Shown: in pieces, positions 29,970-43,646 of the stretch | Numbering within the stretch: position 1 is the stretch's first letter | How the letters are laid out: the number at the start of each line of letters is the position of its first letter | Source: Octopus sinensis | Lineage: Eukaryota | Reading direction: 5' to 3' | Length of the DNA: 64,000 bases | NCBI RefSeq assembly: GCF_006345805.1 | Contig: NC_042999.1 | Coordinates: 125,860,001 to 125,924,000, forward strand | The notes under the pieces: model-generated | Seen by the model: the letters and a program-made list of their open reading frames with translations, nothing else | Database searches by the model: none | Told to the model about the DNA's origin: nothing | Position numbers and translations under genes: made by a program

Positions 29970-31084
29970 GAAAGAGAGAGAGAGGGAGAGAAAGAGAGAG
30001 AAAGAGAGTCAGTGGATCATATCGCCAAAAAAGAATCTCACTTAAAAGTTAGAGCAGTAATGTATTTACAGGGGGTTAATTATATGCCCAATCATAGATT
30101 GACCAAAGGTTTCGCAACCATAAAGCGCTTAGCCTTATAAACAACTCGTCAGACTCCAATGGCCGCGTGCCATTGCGAAACCATTGGTCACTCTATAACC
30201 GGCCTTATGATCAACTTCCTGTAAATAAAAAATATATATGTATATGTGTATGTATATATATGTGTGTGTGTATATATATGCATGTATATATATGCTTACA
30301 TATCTATGCATATACATATATATATATATATATGCATACATATATATATGCATATATGTATATGTGAATAATATATATATATGTATATAAATATATATAT
30401 ATATTTATATATCAATCTATATCTACATAAATGTATGTATATATATGCTTTATATGAATCTATATATGTATACATGTTCGTATATATGTATGCATCTTCA
30501 TATGTACGTCTGCACGTACGTATACATTTACGTACGTATGTATGCATGTATATTCGTATGTTTGAACGAACATCGTTTCCTGTTTGACAAATCTGTATTA
30601 GCGCCATCCTAATGTTTGATCACAAATTAAGTACACAACATACATACCTTGGACCGTTTTATTTTCATGTCGGCCCAAGACACAACTATATTTTCTCTCA
30701 GTGTCTTTGTCGGCATTTTACACCTCCAGCTATGATCGCATGTCATTAAATGTAATAATAGTCGTGGCTGTCACGATGGTGGTGATGACGAGTGCCGTGA
30801 TTGTTGTAGTGGTGGTCGTCAGTGGTGGATTTTGTGCTGGCGGTTTTAGTGTTGGTGCTTGTTGAAGTGGTGTTTTTGATGTTGGTGGTGATTGTAATGA
30901 ATGGTAGTTGCGAGGATGGTTGTGGTTATTGCGGAAGAGGTTGTTGTGGTGGTAGTGACGTGGTTGAGGTGATAGTAGCTGTCATGGTTGAGGCGAAGAT
31001 GATGGCTGCACTGGTAGTGTCTGTATGAACTGCAGTCACTGTTGAAGCGCCGTTTGTGAGGTGATGTGTTTGGTGGTGGAAATA

Positions 31085-31504
31085 GGCGGCGAGCTGGCAG
31101 AAACGTTAGCACGCCGGGCGAAATGCTTTGCGGTATTTCGTCTGCGTTACGTTGTGAGTTCAAATTCCGCCGAGGTCGACTTTGCCTTTCATCCTTTCGG
31201 GGTCGATACATTAAGTACCAGTTACGAACTGGGGTCGATGTAATCGACTTAATACCTATGTCTGTCCTTGTTTGTCCCCTCTGTGTTTAGCCCCTTGTGG
31301 GTAATAAAGAAATAGAAATAGGTATTTCGCCCGTCGCTACGTTCTGAGTTCAAATTCCGCCGTGGTCGACTTTGCCTTTCATCCTTTCGGGGTCGATAAA
31401 TTAAGTACCAGTTACGCACAGAGGTCAATGTAATCGACTTAATCCGTTTGTCTGTCCTTGTTTGTCCTCTCTGTGTTTAGCCCCTTGTGGGTAGTAAAGA
31501 AATA
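31085..31504 (+). mobile_element. SINE family A dimer
   Basis: Junction GAAATA|GGTATTTCG at 31320/31321; flanked by ggtg(g/c)aaatag TSD (31075-31085, 31505-31515). Confidence 0.9.
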
Positions 31505-31544
31505 GGTGCAAATAGTTATGTTGTAGCTATATATCTTTTATCCT

Positions 31545-31755
31545 TTATTTGTTTCAGTCATTGGACTGCGGCCATGCTGGGGCACCACCTTGAAAGATTT
31601 TAAACGAACCAATCGACTCCAGTTCTTAATTTTATTTTTTAAGTCTGGTACTTATTTTATCGGTCTGTTTTGCGAAATCGCTAAGTTACGGGGACGTAAA
31701 CATACCAAAACCGGTTGTCATTCGGTGGTTGTTGGCAAATACAGACACAAAGACA
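31545..31755 (-). mobile_element. SINE family B 3' part, abutting an inverted SINE B copy
   Basis: tgtttcagtcattggactgcggccatgctgg; the orientation flips near 31757. Confidence 0.75.
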
Positions 31756-31756
31756 C

Positions 31757-32937
31757 ATTGGCAAGTGTCTTCTACAATATCCTCGGGCCGACCAAAGCCT
31801 TGAGAGTGGATTGATGAACAGAAACTTAAAGAAGCACGTCGTGTATAAGTATATAAACGTAGTTATCATTAAGTATCCGGACTGTTGCCATAATAACGAA
31901 GCTAAACCACGCAGAGTGAAGCCACTCGATACAGGTTCACCTTGAACTTTGCAGTGCATGCACACTAAGTTTTAGCGTCCTAGCTCACTTACGCTGTGTA
32001 CAGCAGTGTTTGGATGGAAGGTAGGTAGCGTGTGATCGTCGCATTGAACATGACAAAATTGACCAGAGAATCTGCATCAAATTTTGCCAAAAGCTTGGCG
32101 ATATTTGCTCAGAGGCCTACGCAAAGTTTTCAAAAAGTTTTCATCGTTCTCGGCACAACCAAGGAGATCTTGTGCAACTGAAACCCAAGTGTCTTCTTGG
32201 TCAGCTGAAAGCAGTTTTGGCATAAACTTGTCAGACATGCGTCTCATACGCAAATCTTCGGTGATTAAGGACTGAACTGAACCGTCACTAATCTGCACAT
32301 ACTCTGATAACTCACAGATGGTGATCCGACGATTTCTCCTCACAGCTGCAAGTACATCTGCGATGTTTTTCCCAGTTCTGCTGGTTGCATGTCTTCCAGA
32401 ACGTTCGTCAATATTGACATTTTTTTGGCTATCTTGGAAACATTTGAACCACTCGTACACTTGTGTGCGGCTCATACATTCTTCTCCATACACTTTCTGC
32501 AACTTTGTGTAGGCCTCTGAGCAGGTATTACCATGACGACTTTCTCTGTTATGGTCAATGCGACGATCACACACTACACACTTTCCTACAAAGTGCTGCT
32601 GTAAACAACGGAAGTAAGCTAGAACGTTAAAACTTAGTGCGTATGCCAAGCAGCTTCACTTTGCGTGCTTTAGCTTCGTTACTATGGCAACAGTCCGGAT
32701 CATGCCTTTTCGTGTGTGTGTCTTTGTGCTTGTATTTGTCCTCCCCCCATCGCTTGACAACCAATGTTGGTGTGTTTACGACCCCATAACTTAGCGGTTC
32801 GGCCAAAGTGACCGATAGAGTAAGTACTAGGTTTACAAAGAATAAGTCCTGGGGTCGATTTCTCCGACTGAAAAACCTTTAAGGTGGTCCTCCAGTCTGA
32901 CCGCAGTCAAATGACTGAAACAAGTAAAATAATAAAA
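31757..32937 (+). mobile_element. SINE family B split by a mariner insertion
   Basis: 5' part 31757-31850 and 3' part 32712-32937. Confidence 0.75.
31857..32700 (-). mobile_element. Mariner derivative made of two inverted 5' ends
   Basis: Inverted atccggactgttgccata.taacgaagctaaa; transposase N-terminus (VYGEECMSRTQVYEWFK..ERSGR..PKLLS) on minus, and DQRICIKFCQKLG on plus at the left. Confidence 0.85.
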
Positions 32938-32945
32938 GAATATAT

Positions 32946-33863
32946 ACACAAGGAGAGTCAAAAATTATATGCACTCTTGTTTTTTCAATGTATTTACACA
33001 AAAGCAGGGAATAAATAAGTACTTCATTTTTCTATATAGTCTCCTTCCTTTTCGATGTACTTGGTCCAGCGGTTCACAAGCTTGTGTATTCCCTCCAATA
33101 AGGTTTTCGGTTAATCGTGCAACCATTTATGCACCGCTTCCTTCACATCTTCATCCGTAGGTAATCGATGACCTCGTAAACCATTTTTGAGCGGTCCAAA
33201 GATATGATAGTCGGAAGAGGCGAGATCTGGACTGTAGGCAGGGTGTTTCAGCGCCTCAAAACCCAATTGGCTAATGATTTCAACGGTCTGGGCGGCCGTG
33301 TGTGGGCCTGCATTGTCATGCAATAAGAAAACTTTCTTCGGCCATAGGCTTCGGCGTTTGGCTTCAGTTTGTTGGCCAGCAAAACTCTGTAACTTGCACC
33401 CCTTTTCCCGAGAAATCGGATCACTGCCCTTTGTTCTCCTTTGGTGCACATTACTAGTTGAGCGGCCATGCTTACACTGTAAAGCCAGAAAGAAAAATGG
33501 TGCGATCAGGCTCAAACTTCGATCACGTGACCACAATAGTGCCAACTATAAGCACGCATGCGCAGAAAGCAGTGTGACAGTAATCCTTTTTTACTATAGA
33601 CACAAAGCCTGATATTTCTACAATAGGCACAAGGGGATAGCCATTACATCAAACCCAGTACTTGACTGGTACTTAATTCATCGACCCTGAAAGGATGAAA
33701 GGCAAAGTCGACCTCGGTGGAATTCGAACTCAGAACGTAGTGACGGGCGAAATACCGCTAAGCATTCCGCCCAACGTGCTAACAATTCTGCCAGCTCACC
33801 GCCTTGGCAGTGTGACAATAATAAAGATATGGCAAAAGTGCAGATAATTTTTGACTGCTCCTC

Positions 33864-33864
<1 letters not shown>
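32946..33864 (-). mobile_element. Internally deleted mariner with SINE A insertion
   Basis: LLHDNAGPHTA, HPAYSPDLASSDYHIFGPLKNGL; TIR cgaggagcagtcaaaaattatctgcac; SINE at about 33585-33806 with TSD gcagtgtgaca.taat. Confidence 0.9.
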
Positions 33865-33922
<58 letters not shown>

Positions 33923-34897
33923 GTGTGTGTGTGGTGTGTGTGTGTGTGTGTGTTGTGTGTATAGACACATACATACACATAAATATGTATACATCGCCCC
34001 CATATATACAAAAATGGTGACAATGAATTTTGTGGTGTGGAGAGGTGGGTGGCTCACAAGCATGGGCGTCTGCTGCTCTTCCATAAACTACTTTACCCGG
34101 ACTTCAGTATTCATTTGTCCTTTTTTTTTAATGACAGTTTGTAAATTCAGGTAGATTCAGTTATTATATCTAGCAGGTCAGGGACGACGTAGATGATCCG
34201 TCGTTCACTCTCTGTAATTTATGACAGACAAAAAAGTATGAGTAATAATTAAATAATAAAAAAAACAGGCAATTGGTCGCTCTTAGTTTCATTTGCAATT
34301 CGTAAAAAAATAAAATAATAAAATAAAAAGACACACCACTGTCGCATTATGACTTTCTTTTAAGAATAAAGGTAAAAACCAGTAAAATGCGAACATCTAT
34401 CTCATTAACTAAAACCCTCACTTAGCGAAGGTCAGCTCTCTTAGGGTTGCGGAGGGTAGACTCATATTATTGTTGTCCCTATAGTCACCATCGTTGTTGT
34501 TGCTCGGTATCTCATAAAAAATAGACCACATACCCCGGTGTCGGATCAAAGAAACGTTAAATCTCACATTTAACAGTTCCTGGTATGAATTTAAAGTAAG
34601 GAGCTATCGAATTAAATCGACGTAAAAAAAGACCGAAAGAATCAAAATTGCATATTTCTGGGGGTAACAAAGTAAAAGGCTAAGTCCCTGTGTCATGCTG
34701 TTAATATGTTAGTATTTGGCTGATTTATTATATTATAATTCGTTATATTATATTTATATTTATTTATATTACAATAGTATGAGAATGCCCTCACATCGCT
34801 ACAAATATTTCGGCATTTATCTTGCTGAACACGTATTACAAACACACGCACACACAGATATATACCTACATATATTCATATATATATATATATATAG

Positions 34898-34934
<37 letters not shown>

Positions 34935-34944
34935 ATATATTATA

Positions 34945-34977
<33 letters not shown>

Positions 34978-35029
34978 CAGACACACACATACGTGTGTGT
35001 GCGCGTGTTTATACATGCATACGTACATA

Positions 35030-35080
35030 CAATGTGTGTGTGTGTGTGTGTGTGAATACATACGTACATGTGTGTGAGTA

Positions 35081-35176
<96 letters not shown>
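35030..35176. repeat. (TG)n microsatellite
   Basis: Directly visible. Confidence 0.95.
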
Positions 35177-35178
<2 letters not shown>

Positions 35179-35989
35179 GAGAGCCTATACTGGTAGATAG
35201 CTACTTTCCTAGTCATAGCATTTTGCATCATTCGGTATCATTAATAGTCAAGCCATTTAAATGCCTCAATCGGCCGGAAACATAATCTTTCTTTTCTCGT
35301 TATACTCTAGTTGCCCTTCAATCACTCACTCTCTCTTTCTCTCTCTGTGTTTTCGCTTTCTCTTCTTCCTTTTCACTGTTCTACCTTGTTCCCTTTTAAT
35401 TCAGTCTTTCCTTCTCTTTCCACACACGCATATATACTCACTGATACACACGTACATGATACGTTTACACACACACACGCACATACACACACATACACTG
35501 GTCAATAAACGGCTACGTGAAAACTAAAGTTTCAGTCAAAACTAATTTTGTAAATTTCATTGTACCATATTATGGAGTCACATATCTGCTTATTCTTAAA
35601 ATTCCTCGTCTCCTCAAAATTACTAGCCTTGTGCCTAATTAGAAACACGGAAAAAATGTTTTTCAGTACTTCTCTTCACTCATTACATTCTGAGTTCGAA
35701 TTCCGCTTTTTATTTAACATTCGTCCGTTCTAGTGTTCTCAGATTCAGTGATACAAGGGCCATCAGTTTCTGCTTCAGTTTTTCACGGATTTCTAGTTGC
35801 TCTTCATCAATGATACTCACATAAAATTCTTTCATCTTGGACACTGCTTCTTGCCCTTGTTTTAACTGTAAGCACTGAACTTACCTGGTAGATTACGATG
35901 AATGAGTTATTAGCATCGATTTGGTTTTGATATGTTGGTTCTTGCAATTCTAGAGTTATTTTATTTTGTATTTCTTCAATTTCGACTTG

Positions 35990-36861
35990 CCATCACTCGA
36001 ATTCGAGATAAGTTTAAAGCAGGTGAAACTGTTCAGAATCACCATAAGAAACGTTCTGGAAGACCGCAGACATCGACGAAACCCACAAAATAAGAAAGCT
36101 TACTAGAAATGTAATGCGAGCGTTCAAGAAAATCTGTGTGGCAAGCAAGTCATGAGATAGGAATTTCAAAATCAAGGGACCACCGCATTTGAAGCACTGT
36201 CATTGGAGAAGTTACATTCCATTAAAAGTCCATGCTCTCATTGGAACCGCACAAAAGAATGGAGTTTTGCGAATGGCACTTGGCAAGATGTGTAGAAGAT
36301 GCACACTCTCCGACAATGACTGTTTGGGGTGATGAGGCTATATTTAAATTAAATGGCTCAATTAACCACCATGATTTCTCTGGACCTAACAATCTGTATG
36401 TTGCGGAGGAACATCATATTAATTTACTAGGAATTACAGTGTAATGCGGTTTATCAACAGGATTAATTGTACTATTCTGTTTTGACGGCACTGTCACTGG
36501 TTTCATTTGCTTGAACTTGCTGCGATAATCTGTCATACAAAGCATTCAAGAGGACTTTGATGTTATGGGGTGTTATTTCCAGCAGGGTGAGCACTTGCAC
36601 ACTACGATGGCAACGTAAGGGCCTACCTTGATGAGGTTTTGTCATACTCACCGCATTCTCCGGATCTCACACCACTAGACATGTCTTATGGGAATACTTA
36701 AACGAGAATCTACATAAACACCGAACGAAACATTTCTTGCAGTTTGTGATTCCATCAAATTCTGTTTTGTAGATTTTATTAAATTTTGAAAATGAAATGC
36801 ATTTTAATAAACGGTAATTTTATACTAATTCAATGTGTGTATACATTTTTTGGACACCCTG
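35990..36861 (+). mobile_element. Tc1/mariner-superfamily transposase remnant
   Basis: RMEFCEW..WGDEAIFKLNGSIN, FDGTVTG, FQQ, SPDLTPLD; 3' TIR ggacaccctg followed by TA. Confidence 0.85.
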
Positions 36862-38650
36862 TATGCATATAAAAATATATATGTATAAACAGATGTATAT
36901 GTATTTATGCATGTTGTAGAAGTCAATTCAGTCCGTACAAACGTTCTTACAATCTAGTTCCGGTGAATGAATTTGTTTTGAGTGGATAAAGTGTTGCACA
37001 GCACTGAACCCACTTTTCGGGGCAATCAGATATAAAACCAGTGGCACAACAGGGGTCGAGACAACCAGAAACTAACTGCACTTCAGGATTTTTATACGAG
37101 TTTGATATGCGGGTATCCTGTAAATAACTCACGGAGTGACGACATAGCTACGGTTTGCTCTTCGGCAAGGTATAGTACCCGTTCAGCCACCCTTCCAGTG
37201 TTACAGCGAAGTCTTGGGACTATAGCATAGTCCATTGTGAAGAGGTAGCGGAAGAGCTCAGCTGAGCCAATGATGCTTCTTATATTGATGCTGAGAGCAG
37301 GAACGGTCCTAGAAGAGCAACGGTCAGGATCACCAAGCTCTATCAAGAGAGTAACTGCAACACATCCATATGAGCGTCGTCCATGGTTGTGTAATCAGCT
37401 AACGAAAGATTCACCATGACTCAAGCTCCCAGTTCAAATTCATAACAATGGAACTGGATGGTGACAGAATGTCATGGGAATCCGCAAAAGCAGCACAACG
37501 AAGAATACGAGTTTTACCTTCTCCTAGAAGGAAGTACTAGGGGTCCTTCATGCCCATTAGTACGTGATAGTTAACCCATAGCTGGAATACTAACAAGTGC
37601 TCCTGGTCAGGGTAAACCTGAGAACAATAGTGGCTAAGAAGTGGTTCCACACTCCTCAAAACCCAGGAACTCTCGTACAAGAATCCCACTATCGGATGCA
37701 TATCCAAACTCATATATATGCACAAAAAACACACTCACGTACATGCGCACGCATGCACTTACACAGATACACAAACGCATACACACACACACGTACACCG
37801 CATGGTATCTTCTCTCAATTTTTTTGTTTTTGCAACAGCTTATGAATTTGTTTGGCAGTCGCAATATAACAAATAATCTTGCTGTCAGATCAGCTAAATT
37901 ACGAATAATTGACTAGCTGTCGGCCAAGAAAAATACGTTGTAATTACCAGCCTGTCAATATATTATATGATTTACTGAATTACTCGCTTGCGAACACTTC
38001 TCAAGCTCTGGGGCAAACACTGAAAGACAAATCAAAATCAATGAAAAATATCAAAAGAGAAAGTTCTACGAAAATAAAGAAAAACTCCACTTAATGTCAG
38101 ATGGTAAATTCGTGATGGTGTTCGCTTAGCTGTAGTTATTTTTACTGTTGGTTTTGAGAGCGAGCGAATAAACTGAAAATTCAAAGTAACTGTTATGAGT
38201 TCATATAAACATGTAAAACCACGTGCATATATGCATGTATGTATGTATGTATGTATGTATGTATGTATGTATGTATGTATGTATGTATGTATATGTATGT
38301 ATGTGTGTATGTAAGTATGTATGTATGTATGTATGTATATGTATGTATGTATGTATGTATGTATATAGTTTATGATAAAGTCAAAGTAAGTAATGATAAT
38401 TTGAAAGCGTTTCAGATCATTGTGTAAAGATAATAGGAAATTGATCACTTACACAAAAACTTCTTCAGTTAAGATATTTCAAAATATAAATTGTATAGCG
38501 TATATATTGAGCATTGTACGACTCTATGCCAGTACAAACTAACTTGTTCCAGCCCCATTTACACGGATACTTTAACAAGGATTTGGAGTATTCTTCCATT
38601 TGACTCAGGTCGAAAATTCTGGTAATGTGCATCACTTCTAGGCATAACAT

Positions 38651-38684
<34 letters not shown>

Positions 38685-38802
38685 ATATGTAAAAGACTTT
38701 TTCTATTCCTGAGCGCTATATATTTGTTTGTTTGTACACCACCTGCCTTCGTCTTTTGTTTATTTTCGTATATAAATAATTTACAATATAAGGGCAAAAG
38801 AA

Positions 38803-39286
38803 AAATTCTAATGCCAAATATGCCGGAAAAAAGACAAAAATTGTCAATAACCATTATAATTTATGCGTCTCGAAACAAACCGATAGAAATTTCTAAAAAA
38901 TCCGTTATTACCGCATTGGTCCCAATTTCGGGGTTAATTCATAAGAATTCTCCCCTCTTCAGCGATAAATACGTGAGATATAAGTGAAATACTTACTCAT
39001 ACCCATGGAAAAAGCAAGCACTAAGTCCTGAGCAGACCTAAGTACCCCAAATATATCCAAAATAGAAAATCTTAGGCACATCTCGAGACACGTGTGATTC
39101 GAACTAGAAACTTTCACAGACTGAGAGAATCCGGAAGTGAACACCAACAAATTTATAACTAATGTAGGATAAAATATTTTTCGGGATAAAATTTTATCAA
39201 TGGCCAGCATATCAAAAAATAACTTTAAATTATAATGGTTATTGACAATTTTTGTCTTTTTTTCGGCATATTTGGCATTAGAATTT
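38803..39286. repeat. Inverted repeat with about 61-bp arms (MITE or foldback-like)
   Basis: aaattctaatgccaaatatgccg..ccattataattta (38803-38863) versus its reverse complement at 39226-39286. Confidence 0.85.
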
Positions 39287-39374
39287 GTTGGTTATTGAGT
39301 GACAATTACACTACTGAGCGTAATAAATGGGCGAGGGTAACAAGTGATTTTACCCTTAATTTATATATGGCAAA

Positions 39375-39613
39375 AAGAAAATGGAGGGAATCCAGAGGTA
39401 GTATGCATCAGCTGTTAGGCATTATATTATGTCTATTTATTTATTTTAAACAGTTCTGAGAACATATATACATGAGTAAAGTACCAGTAATTTCTAGAAT
39501 AGAGAAAGAAGAGCTCTTCTTTCTCTATTCTGGAAATTACTGGTACTTTACTCATGTATATATATTCTCAGAACAGCCGATGTATACTACCTCTGGATTC
39601 CCTCCGTTTTCTT
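39375..39613. repeat. Spacerless palindrome centred at 39513/39514
   Basis: ..agaatagagaaagaagag|ctcttctttctctattct..; arms extend to ggagggaatccagaggtagtat / atactacctctggattccctcc. Confidence 0.9.
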
Positions 39614-39614
39614 C

Positions 39615-40101
39615 TTGTCTGAACAGGTGTTCTGTATACTACGTGTCAGGTGTCGAAGTGATCGCAGAGTAACGTGAGATTAGTGTTTTACTCAAGAACA
39701 CAAAGCATCATCCGGTCTAGGAATTAAAATCACAATCTAGCGATCATCAGTGCAACACTCTAACCACTAAGCCAAGCGCCCTCACACACTCATACGTGCA
39801 CACACACACATACATACATACATACATACTACATACATACATACATACATACATACATACATACATACATACATACATACATACATACATGTATGTATGT
39901 ATGTGTGTGTGTGTGTGCACGTATGAGTGTGTGAGGGCGCTTGGCTTAGTGGTTAGAGTGTTGCACTGATGATCGCTAGATTGTGATTTTAATTCCTAGA
40001 CCGGATGATGCTTTGTGTTCTTGAGTAAAACACTAATCTCACGTTACTCTGCGATCACTTCGACACCTGACACGTAGTATACAGAGCACCTGTTCAGACA
40101 A
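39615..40101. repeat. Near-perfect inverted duplication of a SINE 5' end around (ACAT)n
   Basis: About 200-bp arms; I found one substitution outside the microsatellite. Confidence 0.92.
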
Positions 40102-40230
40102 CTTCGATTTGCTGGAGAGAGTGAGCTAATGTGCGGCACGAACATTTGGTTACTATAAACAAATCATTTTTGCAGGTCGTTCGGCAAAAGCTGAACGCTC
40201 ATTTGTCGTCTTCAGCTGGAGAGTCCATCA
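39933..40230 (+). mobile_element. tRNA-derived SINE (family C-related head)
   Basis: GGGCGCTTGGCTTAGTGGTTAGAGTG..TTGTGTTCTTGAGTAAAACAC. Confidence 0.7.
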
Positions 40231-40631
40231 CATAACTTTTATTGTTTGTTTTCAGTCACTGAACTCTGATCATGTTGTGTTATCTTCTTCAATGATCTAC
40301 TGAATAATACTTTTTCAGAACTTAGGTTTGTCATACCCGGAAAGAGACAAAAGATGAAGTGGACCTGGATTGCGATGTGAACTCAGAAGGTAGAAGGACG
40401 TCACCATATAACAGATTATCTTGCTCAATACTCCGCCACTTCTATCACCAACTGAATAGTTGTAATTCACTTGTATAATCTGTTATAATTTGGTTCGCAT
40501 CTTTATTACGGCACGGCCAACGACTGAAACGGTCATAAAACTAAATGAGTATGCGTATACAGCTAAGATTTGTAATGTAGAAAGCAACATAAATTTAGAA
40601 TAAAGTTAAAACTGATCCCCTCTCTCTCCTT

Positions 40632-41000
<369 letters not shown>

Positions 41001-41373
41001 ATTAAGTCCCCACACACGCACTTTTTATCAACTCTGACCTTCGTGAAATTTTCTCGTTCCTTATTTACCATATATTTATAAGGTACGTGCGGGAATTTGT
41101 CGGCTGTCTCAGCCTTGTTTTCGTCCAACGACCGAAGTATCAGTCTGGGGAGTTGCTTGATATGTGATATATGAGCTCTTAATGTAGATATAAAGCGATC
41201 TGTTATTTCTCTAATGTGTACATTCATATACACATACGTGTATACATACAAACATGCATGTATACATACATGCATACAAGCACATGTAGATAGACAGACA
41301 CACATATATATATATATATGCATACATACGCTTATGCATGTATCTATCTCTTTCTTTCTCTCTCTCTCTCTCT

Positions 41374-41423
<50 letters not shown>

Positions 41424-41529
41424 GATACTGTACTGGTGGGCCCTCCAAGCGATACCGACAGATGAAAGGAGGTGGAAGAAGGAAGTGGAGGGGTGGAAAA
41501 GGAAATGGAGAGGGCGGAAAAGGAGAAAC

Positions 41530-41576
<47 letters not shown>

Positions 41577-41917
41577 AAGAGTTGTTATTGTGCAAGCCAA
41601 TGGCACATTTCTAGTCAACCGAACGTGTGGGTGCGATCCGTAGTTCTATCGAGTTCCGGATATGAAAGGGTAATTGCCGCTGTTGAGCCCCGATGGAAAA
41701 GACCTATGATCAGAGCTATTGTAATCGTAACGATTCTGCTCGTTAGGGATAAGCAGGCACGATATATTTTAATATGTATTTTCCTTATTCAAGGCAGTAG
41801 AATGTGATATGAGGGAGATTTGGTCGATCCTTCTGTTAGGTTAAGTGACTGCTGAGAGGCTTCCTTGTTGGATCCTATAAAACAGTAGTAATGGTGGAAA
41901 AGAAGGAAAATATAAGC

Positions 41918-41964
<47 letters not shown>

Positions 41965-41969
41965 TAATA

Positions 41970-42132
41970 ATTTCTACTATAGGTACAAGGCCTGAAATTT
42001 TTAGGGAGGGGTCTAGTCGATTACATTGACCACAGCGTTTCACTGGTGCTTATTTTACCGACTCCGAAAGGATGAAAGGCAAAGTTGACCTCAGCGGAAT
42101 TTGAACTCAGAACATAGCGACGGACAAAATAC
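41970..42132 (-). mobile_element. SINE family A, lacking 5' end
   Basis: Core motif. Confidence 0.8.
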
Positions 42133-42134
42133 AC

Positions 42135-42345
<211 letters not shown>

Positions 42346-42399
42346 AGATGGCTGGAGGAGATTGAAGCAAAGATATAGACAAATAGTTGAAGGAGATTG

Positions 42400-43462
42400 A
42401 AATAGAATGCCTGGTAGAGCTCCTACAGAAAGTTTGTCTCTTAGGGAAAGCAAAGATTATCAGGACAGATTTCCCGCCCACCCTCACTTTCCTTTTCAAG
42501 TGAAACTTCCAGAAGTTGATGCGGGTTCTACCAAAGAGGAATGACTCTGTCCTAATCCCTTTCAACCTCGTCTATCAGACAATCTCTTTCGTCATAGCCA
42601 CCAGGCAAAGAACGACTGCCTTAACTGCCCAATTAAAGGAAGGCTGCGGAGTAATCATCACTATGGACTCAGTTGATAGACAGATACATCCCACACGCGA
42701 CAGCAGCTCTTCGACATAACTCTACAGGTTAGTAATGCCCACACACTGAACGAGTGCGTGCAGAACGGTTTCGTCGCTCAGCGCGTACCCCGAAGGTGCC
42801 TGTAGAGTTTATCTCGAACAGGTAGCACTCCTCTGTAGCACAGTAAGGCCAAGGACATCTGGGAACTATTCATGGTAGTCCCCGAATGGAAAGTCCTCTG
42901 GAACAGACTAACCAGTTCGTTTTCGTCGACACTCAGTCTCCCCGAGAACGTCGTCGCACTTCCCGGCCACTGGTCCACTAAATATTAATAAAGTGGGACA
43001 TCCACCCATTCTATTGCCCGACTGGTAGAGGTCCGAGAGCACCTGACGACATTTTAGCTGCTAGGCGCGCAGTCTCGGTCTTTCCTTCACTCAGGACCGC
43101 AGTTCCGTTACGGAGACGAGATGCGGAAATACATGCCTCGCAAACGGAGTCCATACACACGGTCCAGAAATCGTTGAACCTGAACGCGAGTCTGGGAATC
43201 AGAAGCCACGTAGAAGGTGCTGGAAGCAGACTAACCATCTGAACAATGGAACGCGCCCCTTCCACAAGAAAATAAATAAGAGACACTCCAACTTGATAAA
43301 GCAGTAACCGGGGCAGGGCGTGACAGTCAAGCGATAAACGATGACAGAGGAGATGTAGGCGTTGGCCATCTCTTCCCGATCTTTAAAGGACATCTTCTCT
43401 GCCCATTTCTGGATAAGACCTGCCACCCTGTTCATCACGTAGTCCCAATTTTTACTCACCTG
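42400..43462 (-). pseudogene. L1/Tx1-like LINE ORF2 C-terminal region
   Basis: NWDYVMNRV..IQKW..MSFKDREEMANAYISSVIVYRL..FLWKG, YRGVLPVRDKL, DETVLHALVQC. Confidence 0.85.
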
Positions 43463-43598
43463 GAGGTCGACTTTGCCTTTCATTCGATTGGAGTCGATAA
43501 GTACCAATTGAGCGCTGGGGTCGATGTAAACTATTTAGCCCCTCCTCCTGAAATTGCTGGCCTTGTGCCAAAATTTGATACCATTATTATTGTTATTT

Positions 43599-43646
<48 letters not shown>

